NCBI GenBank assembly: GCA_041663425.1
Contig: JBAYMS010000001.1
Location: 8,884-72,883 of the forward strand
Length of the DNA: 64,000 bases
Direction of reading: 5' to 3'
Origin: Candidatus Omnitrophota bacterium
GTDB lineage: Bacteria > Omnitrophota > Gorgyraeia > 2-01-FULL-45-10
The translations under genes and the position numbers were made by a program. Every line of letters begins with the position of its first letter. The first letter of the stretch is position 1. The notes beneath the pieces are model-generated. The model saw only the letters and a program-made list of their open reading frames with translations, did not search any database and was not told the origin of the DNA. Shown in pieces: positions 56,724 to 64,000 of the stretch.

Positions 56724-58024
56724 AAGATTTGAAGAAATTCTGGTGGCTCGTAGGTATATTCATAGTGATGTACTTTCTGCCGCTGGGTAACCCCAAGGTA
56801 TCGAACGCCATCTTTGAGGCGTTTAAGCTTCTTCAATGGTATGTCATTAACCATACACTAGCCTGTGTTGTTCCAGCCATGTTCATAGCAGGGGCTATAT
56901 CGACGTTTTTGTCGCAGGCCTCAGTAATGAGATATCTCGGACCGGATGCGAATCGACCACTAGCTTATACGGTAGCGTCTGTCTCAGGGATTATCCTCGC
57001 GGTATGCTCATGCAGTGTGCTTCCGATGTTTGCGGGTATTTATACTATGGGAGCAGGTCTTGGGCCCGCAAGCGCTTTTCTTTATTCAGGCCCGGCGATA
57101 AATGTTATGGCTGTATTTCTTTCTGCGCGCGTTCTAGGGTTTGATATAGGACTGGCCAGGGCTATTGGTGCGATCGGTTTTGCCTTTATCATAGGTCTTT
57201 CTATGGCATTTATATTTAGGAAGTCGGAGCACGTGCGTAATAAAGCCGCTATGGCTCTGCCGCCAGCCCCGAAACCTACCAGACAACTCTGGAAGACAGG
57301 TCTTTACTTCTTCTGTATGATAATGTTCCTTGTCTTTAGCGATTGGTATAACACTAACGACGTCACTCTTAATTTGAAAACCGGCACTACAATGAAAGCA
57401 AGCATACAATACTCAACACAGGATTTCATCGAAGTAAAAGAATATAAGGCCGACGGGATGATAGCTATAGATGCTGTGCGCCTTGACCGTAAAGATATTG
57501 CTAAAATAACCCCGGAAGATAATTTCGTAATGAGGGTACACGCTATTAAGTGGTACCTTGCCGGTCTTATGTTGTTAGCTATCCTGATCATGCTAAAAAA
57601 ATGGTTTACTCGTGCTGAGATAAAAGAGTGGATGACTGCAACCTGGGATTTTGGGATGATGATCGTTCCTCTTCTTTTTGGAGGCGTATTTGTAACAGGA
57701 TTTATCGGCGGAATTATGCCGGAGAAGGCAGTGGCTACTTTTGTGGGAGGCAACGGATTCTTCTCAAACCTTGTTGCGTCTGTCATAGGCTCACTCTGGT
57801 ATTTTGCGACGCTAACCGAGATACCGATCACCGAAATGCTGATGCGTCTGGGGATGGGCAAAGGACCTGCGCTTGCGCTTCTTCTGGCTGGCCCGGCATT
57901 GTCGCTCCCGAGCATTTTAGTCATTAACAAAATATTAAAGTGGCGGAAAACACTTATATTCTGTTTGCTTGTAGTTGGATTTTCTACTATCGTGGGATAT
58001 ATCTTTGGAATGATAGCACATTAA
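56720..58024 (+). CDS. permease of the ArsP-like / predicted-permease (PF03773-type) family
   Basis: 434 aa, polytopic, with a conserved LAVCSCSVLPMF cysteine motif. The following gene encodes a small redox-active CxxC protein, which is the usual pairing. Confidence 0.65.
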   Translation: MKDLKKFWWLVGIFIVMYFLPLGNPKVSNAIFEAFKLLQWYVINHTLACVVPAMFIAGAISTFLSQASVMRYLGPDANRPLAYTVASVSGIILAVCSCSVLPMFAGIYTMGAGLGPASAFLYSGPAINVMAVFLSARVLGFDIGLARAIGAIGFAFIIGLSMAFIFRKSEHVRNKAAMALPPAPKPTRQLWKTGLYFFCMIMFLVFSDWYNTNDVTLNLKTGTTMKASIQYSTQDFIEVKEYKADGMIAIDAVRLDRKDIAKITPEDNFVMRVHAIKWYLAGLMLLAILIMLKKWFTRAEIKEWMTATWDFGMMIVPLLFGGVFVTGFIGGIMPEKAVATFVGGNGFFSNLVASVIGSLWYFATLTEIPITEMLMRLGMGKGPALALLLAGPALSLPSILVINKILKWRKTLIFCLLVVGFSTIVGYIFGMIAH

Positions 58025-58079
58025 ATATCAGTATCTGTATGTAATAATCTTTGCAAGTATCTACTAAATGGAGGAGAGG

Positions 58080-58313
58080 ATGAAAATTGAAATATTAGGA
58101 GTTGGTTGCCCGAAATGCAAACAGCTTACCGCCAATGCTGAAGCAGCGGTGCAAGAGTTAAATATTCAGGCCGAAATCGGTAAAGTCACCGATATTGTCA
58201 AAATTACAGAATATGGGATCATGATGACTCCGGCATTAGCGATCGATGGTACTGTTGTATCTGTGGGTAAGGTATTAAGTAAAGATGAGATCAAAAAGAT
58301 TATATCAAAATAA
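58080..58313 (+). CDS. small thioredoxin-fold protein (redox-active disulfide protein 2-like)
   Basis: MKIEILGVGCPKCKQL CxxC motif, ~77 aa. The SD GGAGGAGAGG precedes ATG 58080. Confidence 0.7.
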   Translation: MKIEILGVGCPKCKQLTANAEAAVQELNIQAEIGKVTDIVKITEYGIMMTPALAIDGTVVSVGKVLSKDEIKKIISK

Positions 58314-58329
58314 ATACAGGGGAGGGTAA

Positions 58330-58767
58330 GTGAAAAAAATATTTCCAGTTCTTCTGGCGGTTGCCGTGCTAATTAGTAGCGGCCTAATTATTTCTTTGCC
58401 GGCCCAAGCAGAAGATAATGCCAAAAGCGCGCAAGTTGTTGCTTATTATTTTCACGGAGATATGCGTTGTCCCACTTGCCATAAGCTGGAGCAATATTCT
58501 AAAGAAGCGGTGGAGACTAACTTTAAGGATGCGGTTGCATCCGGAAAATTAGACTTTAAAGTTATCAATGTAGAAGATAAAGGCAACGAACACTATGCTA
58601 GCGATTACCAGCTTTACACCAAATCGCTTATTTTGTCTTTAGTTAAAGACGGTAAGGAAATAAAATGGAAGAATATGGATAAGATATGGGAGTATGTACA
58701 TAATAAAGAGAAATTTATTGATTATGTAAAGAGCGGGGTTGCCGATTTATTAAAGGAAACCAAATGA
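58330..58767 (+). CDS. secreted thioredoxin-like CxxC protein (ArsF-like family as I recall NCBI naming)
   Basis: 145 aa with a GTG start and a signal peptide. It has the VVAYYFHGDMRCPTCHKLE motif. Confidence 0.5.
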   Translation: MKKIFPVLLAVAVLISSGLIISLPAQAEDNAKSAQVVAYYFHGDMRCPTCHKLEQYSKEAVETNFKDAVASGKLDFKVINVEDKGNEHYASDYQLYTKSLILSLVKDGKEIKWKNMDKIWEYVHNKEKFIDYVKSGVADLLKETK

Positions 58768-59444
58768 CAGAGATGCTTATAGCTTTTGCGTCAGCATTAT
58801 GGCTAGGTATATTAACTTCAATAAGCCCGTGCCCTTTGGCTAGCAATGTAGCCGCTATTTCTTTTTTATCTAAAAAGATAACACATCCAGCGCTTGTGTT
58901 TATTTCAGGCCTTGCCTACATGTTTGGTAGAATGGTATCTTATGCGATCTTGGGATGGATTATTATTAGTTCCCTTATAAGTGTCCCTCAAGTCGCCCAG
59001 TTCTTACAGAAATACATGGGGAAGGCTTTGGGGCTCATTCTGATTCTTGTCGGCCTCGTCCTGCTTGAGGTGCTAACGCTTCGTTTGCCCGGGTTGTCGT
59101 TGTCGCAAAAACATCACAAAAGAATAGCAGAGTCCGGCGCTCCGGGGGCCTTTTTGCTTGGCTTTATCTTTGCCCTTTCTTTTTGTCCTATTTCCGCCGC
59201 ATTATTTTTCGGAAGCCTTATACCTCTTGCGGTAGATAGTAAAATAGGCCTGGCCCTGCCATTTGTATATGGAATAGGAACAGGCCTTCCTGTATTTATT
59301 TTTGCTCTGGGTATTGCGCTGGGGGTTGCATCCTTAAGTCATTGGTTTAAGAAGCTGATAGCGATCGAAATATATGCCAGGAAAATCACAGGGGTGGTTT
59401 TTATTGCTGTGGGGTTGTATTATATTTTAAGATACATAGTATAA
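58764..59444 (+). CDS. CcdA/DsbD-like transmembrane thiol-disulfide transporter family protein (ArsG-like)
   Basis: 226 aa with ~6 TM segments. TSISPCPLASN and SFCPISAALF are Cys-Pro motifs typical of the DsbD/CcdA fold. Confidence 0.6.
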   Translation: MTEMLIAFASALWLGILTSISPCPLASNVAAISFLSKKITHPALVFISGLAYMFGRMVSYAILGWIIISSLISVPQVAQFLQKYMGKALGLILILVGLVLLEVLTLRLPGLSLSQKHHKRIAESGAPGAFLLGFIFALSFCPISAALFFGSLIPLAVDSKIGLALPFVYGIGTGLPVFIFALGIALGVASLSHWFKKLIAIEIYARKITGVVFIAVGLYYILRYIV

Positions 59445-59463
59445 AGATAATGTGAGGACATAC

Positions 59464-60282
59464 ATGAAAAATATAAAAAGCAAGGTTAGAGAAGGATACG
59501 CGAAGATCGCCAAAACAAACGGTTCATGCTGCGGCGGAAGCCCATGCTGTTCCGGGGCAAATCCGGCCGAGACTATAAGCAAGAATGTAGGATATAAAGA
59601 CGAGGATATGAAAAATGTGCCTGAAGGTGCAAACCTGGGGCTTGGCTGCGGTAACCCAATCGCTCTGGCATCTTTAAAGGCCGGTGAAGCCGTACTTGAC
59701 TTAGGGTCCGGTGCAGGCTTTGACGCGTTTCTGGCAGCTAAAAAAGTCGGAAAAGATGGCCGGGTGATAGGAGTAGACATGACGCCCGAGATGGTCGAGA
59801 AAGCGCGCGGCAATGCAGATAAGGGCGGATATAAAAATGTAGAGTTCCGCTTAGGAGAGATCGAAAGCCTGCCCGTCGCAGACGCCTGCGTCGATGTCAT
59901 AATATCGAACTGTGTTATTAATCTCTCGCCCGATAAGCAAAAAGTATTTCAGGAGGCTATGAGGGTTTTAAAGAATGGCGGAAGGCTTATGGTTTCTGAT
60001 CTGGTGCTTCGCAAAGAGCTGCCCGGGGTAATAAAAAAGTCGGTCGAAGCTTATGTAGGCTGCATTTCAGGAGCCGTTCTGAAAAAAGAGTATCTGGAAT
60101 ATATAAAAAATGCCGGTTTTGAAAATATTGACGTGGTTGGTGAGACATCATTTCCTATGGACGATATGGCTCACGATATAACCGCAAAAGCGATCAAAGA
60201 TAACATCGACTTAACTCCGGACGATATTAAAGCACTGGAAGGGTCAGTGGTCAGCATAAAAGTATCCGCTATAAAAAAATAA
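59464..60282 (+). CDS. arsM: arsenite S-adenosylmethionine methyltransferase
   Basis: Cys-rich N-terminus GSCCGGSPCCSG, SAM-binding VLDLGSGAGFD, VIGVDMTPEM and a conserved Cys in VISNCVINL. The start is taken at ATG 59464 after GAGGA. Confidence 0.78.
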   Translation: MKNIKSKVREGYAKIAKTNGSCCGGSPCCSGANPAETISKNVGYKDEDMKNVPEGANLGLGCGNPIALASLKAGEAVLDLGSGAGFDAFLAAKKVGKDGRVIGVDMTPEMVEKARGNADKGGYKNVEFRLGEIESLPVADACVDVIISNCVINLSPDKQKVFQEAMRVLKNGGRLMVSDLVLRKELPGVIKKSVEAYVGCISGAVLKKEYLEYIKNAGFENIDVVGETSFPMDDMAHDITAKAIKDNIDLTPDDIKALEGSVVSIKVSAIKK

Positions 60283-60283
60283 T

Positions 60284-61870
60284 ATGCATGAAAATAACAA
60301 TAAAATTTTAAACCCTGTTTTTTTAACGCTTATTTTATGTGTAGCTGGGTTTATTATTTATTCCAATACTCTTGCCGGCTCTTTTCAGCTCGACGATCAT
60401 ATAGTCATTATTGATAATACCGCAGTAAAAAATATATCAAACCCAGGCGGTATCTGGAAGTATTGGCCCACGCGCTTTATTACGAATTTTTCATTTGCTG
60501 TAAATTATCAGATGGGGAAGCTTAACGTGTTATATTACCATCTGTTCAATCTTCTTATTCATATAGGTTCTGCGATATTGGTGTGGCGGCTTATGCTGCT
60601 TACTCTTATATCTCCCGGCATGAAGGGGCAGGGAATCACAAATTATAGAGAGGAAATAGCATTCTTCGCAGGATTAGTATTTTTAACTCATCCTATTCAG
60701 ACTCAGGCGGTAAGCTACATAGTCCAGAGAGCCACTTCAATGTCAGGGTTTTTTTGTATCCTGTCTATGTATCTTTACGCCAGGGCGGCATTGTTAGATG
60801 GAAAGTTTTACTTTGGAGCATTGCTGGCAGGAATAATAGCTATGTTTACAAAAGAGAGTGCCGTGATCCTGCCATTTACCATAATGCTCTACGATTTCTT
60901 TTTTATTACTGAATCCCAGTCCTCCAGATGGAAGCGGATCGCGCCTTTTCTTTTTACGCTATTTATAATTCCTGCGACCATGTTTTTTACCAGATCAATC
61001 GATTTTGCGAATATGTGCAGGGTCCAGGAGGGCTCGCCCGGCATTGCACCCGCAAACTATTTAATGACGCAATTCGGAGTTATTGTAGAATATATGAAGC
61101 TTCTGATCGTGCCCGTGAGCCAAAACGTAGACCACGATTATCGCGTTGCTTTATCTTTTACACAGCCGCAGGTTTTTATGCCCATGACTGCCCTTATATT
61201 TGTTCTTATTATAGGAGTTAAAACATTTTCGAAATACAAGCTGATCTCATTCGGGATCTTCTGGTTTTTTATTACTCTTTTACCGGAATCGAGCGTTATT
61301 CCGATAGCCGACGTTATGTTTGAACACAGGCTGTATCTGCCGATGTTAGGATATAGCGTTTTTCTGGCAGGGTTAATATATTACGCCTTAGAACGCACTG
61401 GAATAAAGACTGTGAAGACAGTCATGATGTGTTTAGTAATCATTTATTGTGCGATGACTTATAGCAGGAACTTTGTCTGGCAGAGCGAGGTCAGTCTGTG
61501 GGATGACGCAGTGAGAAAATCCCCCGCTAAAAGCCGGGTTTATAATAACCGCGGCTATGCTTATCTCGAAAAGGATAGGTTTGACCTTGCCATAAAAGAT
61601 TTCGATAAAGCGATTGCCCTTGAGCCAGATATTGAAGCAGGATATTATTACAACCGCGGCAATGTCTATAATTACACAGATAAGCCCGACGCTGCGATCG
61701 CCGATTATAGCAAGGCTATTGAGATGAATCCTTATTATGGCTTTGCATATATCGGAAGAGCATTTGCTTATTTTAAAAAGAAGGACTTCGATAAAAGTAA
61801 GGCAGATGTAGCCCGGGCAAAATCTCTTGGCTATGAAACAGATGCGATAAGCGCCGCTTTAGGACAATAA
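60284..61870 (+). CDS. polytopic membrane protein with C-terminal TPR repeats (paralog of 50655-52148)
   Basis: 528 aa with the same architecture and shared motifs as the first copy (FQLDDHIVI vs FILDDELLV; HP.HTEAV/HPIQTQAV; MFEHRLYLP vs MAEHFLYLP). TPR units include YNNRGYAYLEKDRFDLAIKDF. Confidence 0.6.
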   Translation: MHENNNKILNPVFLTLILCVAGFIIYSNTLAGSFQLDDHIVIIDNTAVKNISNPGGIWKYWPTRFITNFSFAVNYQMGKLNVLYYHLFNLLIHIGSAILVWRLMLLTLISPGMKGQGITNYREEIAFFAGLVFLTHPIQTQAVSYIVQRATSMSGFFCILSMYLYARAALLDGKFYFGALLAGIIAMFTKESAVILPFTIMLYDFFFITESQSSRWKRIAPFLFTLFIIPATMFFTRSIDFANMCRVQEGSPGIAPANYLMTQFGVIVEYMKLLIVPVSQNVDHDYRVALSFTQPQVFMPMTALIFVLIIGVKTFSKYKLISFGIFWFFITLLPESSVIPIADVMFEHRLYLPMLGYSVFLAGLIYYALERTGIKTVKTVMMCLVIIYCAMTYSRNFVWQSEVSLWDDAVRKSPAKSRVYNNRGYAYLEKDRFDLAIKDFDKAIALEPDIEAGYYYNRGNVYNYTDKPDAAIADYSKAIEMNPYYGFAYIGRAFAYFKKKDFDKSKADVARAKSLGYETDAISAALGQ

Positions 61871-61871
61871 T

Positions 61872-63233
61872 TTATTTTGGCAGGAAAGTTTTTACCTTGC
61901 TGAGCAGCTTCTCAGGAGCATATGGCTTCTGGATAAAGTCATCCGCGCCCATGTCGCGCACCTTCTTCTCAAGATCGTCTTCGACATTGCCGGTGGAAAT
62001 GATCACCGGAATATTGCGCGTAGCATCAATCTGACGGAGATTTTTCAGCACAAAATAGTCATCTACCCCAGGCAGGCTTAGATCGAGAATGATGAGAGAC
62101 GGATTTTCTGTCTGAGCGCTTTTCAGCCCTCCCGCAGCGTCGTTGTTTACCAAGGCTTCGTAACCATTCGCTATAACCATATTTGCGAGCGCGGAAGCAA
62201 AATTTTTGTCATCTTCTATTATAAGTATCTTGTTATTATTTGTATGCACGTGTCTCTCCTTTTGCGCCAACGGCGCTAAAATAGTAAAGCAGTTTGGTTT
62301 TCTAGGTCCGCTGGTTGCCCATACTCTGCCGTTATGAAGCTCTATTATATCTTTTGCTATTGCCAACCCGAGGCCGTGGCCTTCCACGGAAGCATCGAGG
62401 CGTTCAAATTTATCAAATATCTTCTCCAGCATATTTTCAGCTATGGGAGTTCCTGTATTCAAGAATTCCATCCGCGCAAAGCCAGGTTCGGGCAGCATCC
62501 GGATAATGACTTTGCCTCCGGGGGGAGTATATTTTATAGAATTATTCAAGAGGTTGTTGATTGCGCGAACCATCTTTTCCCGGTCAGCGTGGACGGCAAG
62601 TTCTTTTTTAGAAGGCTCTATCAGCAACGTAATATTTTTTGAAACGGCTATGGCTTCAAGCTCGCGTTTCTGTTCGTCAACGATATCGCGCAGATCGAAT
62701 AAGCTTAAATTTAATTTAGCTATGCGTGCTTCATACTTGTATGTGTCGATCAGCTCCATGATTATGGAGTTCATCCTGTCCGTAACGCTGTCGCAGCTCA
62801 AAATGCATTCTTTTTGTTTTGCCGTAAGGTCTCCGTGGTAGCCCGCCCTTAACCCTGCTATATCGGCTTTAATTGCGGACAGGGGGCTTTTGAGGTCGTG
62901 AGCAAGAGACATAGCAAATTTTGATTTTAACTCATCCGCTTTTTTTGCCCTCGTCGCATAACTAAGGATTTTATTAATTATCTCCTCGAGAACTTTATAG
63001 CCGATGGTATAACCGAGAAGAATTATAACGCCGGCCAGGATGCAGATCCGTGTGAGGTCGGCGACAGATGTCTCAGCAGTGAAATTATTACTATAAATTA
63101 TATAAATCAGGGTAAGGATAGGGATGATGCTTATCAGGAGAAATGCAAGGTTAAGCTGCCTGTAAGGATTTTCATTTAGTTCCTGCAGTAATAGCCGGAG
63201 CTTGCTGTCTTTTTTCATGATACAAGGATACAT
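61872..63233 (-). CDS. hybrid sensor histidine kinase (TM sensor, HisKA, HATPase_c, C-terminal receiver)
   Basis: H-box SLAHDLKSPLSAI, N-box LLNNSIKYT, G-box GHGLGLAIAKDI and a C-terminal REC domain (ILIIEDD...LIILDLSLPGVDD). The start may instead be Met6. Confidence 0.8.
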   Translation of the reverse strand: MYPCIMKKDSKLRLLLQELNENPYRQLNLAFLLISIIPILTLIYIIYSNNFTAETSVADLTRICILAGVIILLGYTIGYKVLEEIINKILSYATRAKKADELKSKFAMSLAHDLKSPLSAIKADIAGLRAGYHGDLTAKQKECILSCDSVTDRMNSIIMELIDTYKYEARIAKLNLSLFDLRDIVDEQKRELEAIAVSKNITLLIEPSKKELAVHADREKMVRAINNLLNNSIKYTPPGGKVIIRMLPEPGFARMEFLNTGTPIAENMLEKIFDKFERLDASVEGHGLGLAIAKDIIELHNGRVWATSGPRKPNCFTILAPLAQKERHVHTNNNKILIIEDDKNFASALANMVIANGYEALVNNDAAGGLKSAQTENPSLIILDLSLPGVDDYFVLKNLRQIDATRNIPVIISTGNVEDDLEKKVRDMGADDFIQKPYAPEKLLSKVKTFLPK

Positions 63234-63361
63234 TCAGGTGTAGGAAAAGTCAAGGCATGGCGTAAAAGATTTTGAGTAACAGCAAAAATACCGCCTGAAA
63301 ATTATTGCTATAATTAATTTTAACGGCTATAATAAAACAAATACCAAAATAACGGGATGCT

Positions 63362-64000
63362 ATGGGATATAAAAGGCATAAAAAAGCATTTACGATAATC
63401 GAACTGTTAATAATTTTTTCGGTTATTGTAATCATCATCGGCATCTCTATACCGCGGTTTAAAGGGATGGCAGATTCAGCCGCCTATGCCAAAGCCAAAA
63501 AAGAGCTGGTCATGCTCTCATCGGCGGTAGAAAGTTTCTCTATCCATAATAATAAAGTGTATCCTGTAGCCTTAGCAAATCTTGTTGCTACCGTGCCTCT
63601 TATAGTTAAATCGTTACCGTTGGACCCATTTAAAAAAGATGCTGATTATGGGTATTATTTATCCCCAAACGGTAAATACTACATAATTTTCTCCGCTGGA
63701 TTTAACGGTGTTGCCACAATAGGCGGTATAGACGATACAGGCACACCTACCGGATCAGTAGGGGACGATGTCTATGTATCCAACGGCGGGTCTTCTACGG
63801 GCGGACTTACGTATAGCTGGAGCATGAATGAAGGTTCCGGAAAGACGGTAGGGGAAGGGCTTTATTCCGGGCAGATAGTAGGAAATGCGGCGTGGACGGA
63901 TGGCAAAGTAGGTGCAGCCCTGGATTTTGACGGCACCGGCAGCCATGTTTCTGTGCCAGACTCTTCCGTGCTCGACCTGACTACACAAGGAACTGTTGCA
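63362..64000 (+). CDS. prepilin-type N-terminal domain protein with LamG/concanavalin-like C-terminal region (partial, runs off right edge)
   Basis: Absent from the ORF track because there is no stop in the window. ATG 63362 gives MGYKRHKKAFTIIELLIIFSVIVIIIGISIPRF. Later ...YSWSMNEGSGKTVGEGLYSGQIVGNAAWTDGKVGAALDFDGTGSHVSVPDSSVLDLT matches the LamG-type pattern. The frame is open to position 64000. Confidence 0.6.
   Translation, partial: MGYKRHKKAFTIIELLIIFSVIVIIIGISIPRFKGMADSAAYAKAKKELVMLSSAVESFSIHNNKVYPVALANLVATVPLIVKSLPLDPFKKDADYGYYLSPNGKYYIIFSAGFNGVATIGGIDDTGTPTGSVGDDVYVSNGGSSTGGLTYSWSMNEGSGKTVGEGLYSGQIVGNAAWTDGKVGAALDFDGTGSHVSVPDSSVLDLTTQGTVA

Overview
Bacterial chromosomal window with tightly packed genes and moderate-to-low GC, spanning the replication-origin neighbourhood. 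The lineage looks like an uncultivated bacterium with many pilin-like proteins, but that is inference only. Minus strand: thiE (partial), a PP-loop ATPase, a large PLD-family protein, rarA, pheST, rplT-rpmI-infC-thrS, tRNA-Leu, tRNA-Glu and gyrA-gyrB-DUF721-dnaN-dnaA. Diverging on the plus strand: rpmH-rnpA-yidD-yidC-parAB. DnaA-box clusters lie on both sides of dnaA and two tandem parS-like sites lie just before parA. Downstream are ndk, yicC-gmk-rpoZ, a split coaC/coaB, a pilin-like gene, tRNA-Cys, tRNA-Val, glmS and rsmI. A PyrR-attenuated pyr operon follows (pyrR-B-C, an EndoQ-like PHP gene, pyrK-D-F-E), then tRNA-Val, a GIY-YIG gene and tRNA-Asp. Directly after tRNA-Asp is a ~5.5-kb accessory island that looks more AT-rich by eye. 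It carries the most interesting candidate: a two-gene module of a 164-aa PD-(D/E)xK-like protein plus a 956-aa PHP-phosphoesterase/Rad50-SbcC-like ABC ATPase fusion. The island also holds orphan small ORFs and an apparently intact IS3-family element that splits a small ORF. The remainder encodes envelope and secreted proteins (inverse-autotransporter-like adhesin, REC + Ntn-hydrolase + OMP operon, TMEM175-like channel, two membrane+TPR paralogs, BASS transporter). It also encodes an organoarsenical-type resistance cluster behind a palindromic operator, a hybrid histidine kinase and a second pilin-like gene running off the right edge. Non-coding candidates are a ~150-nt long-hairpin RNA upstream of rarA, a promoter-hairpin-terminator leader before the membrane+TPR operon, and a ~35-nt motif present three times. 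No rRNA genes or CRISPR arrays were seen.
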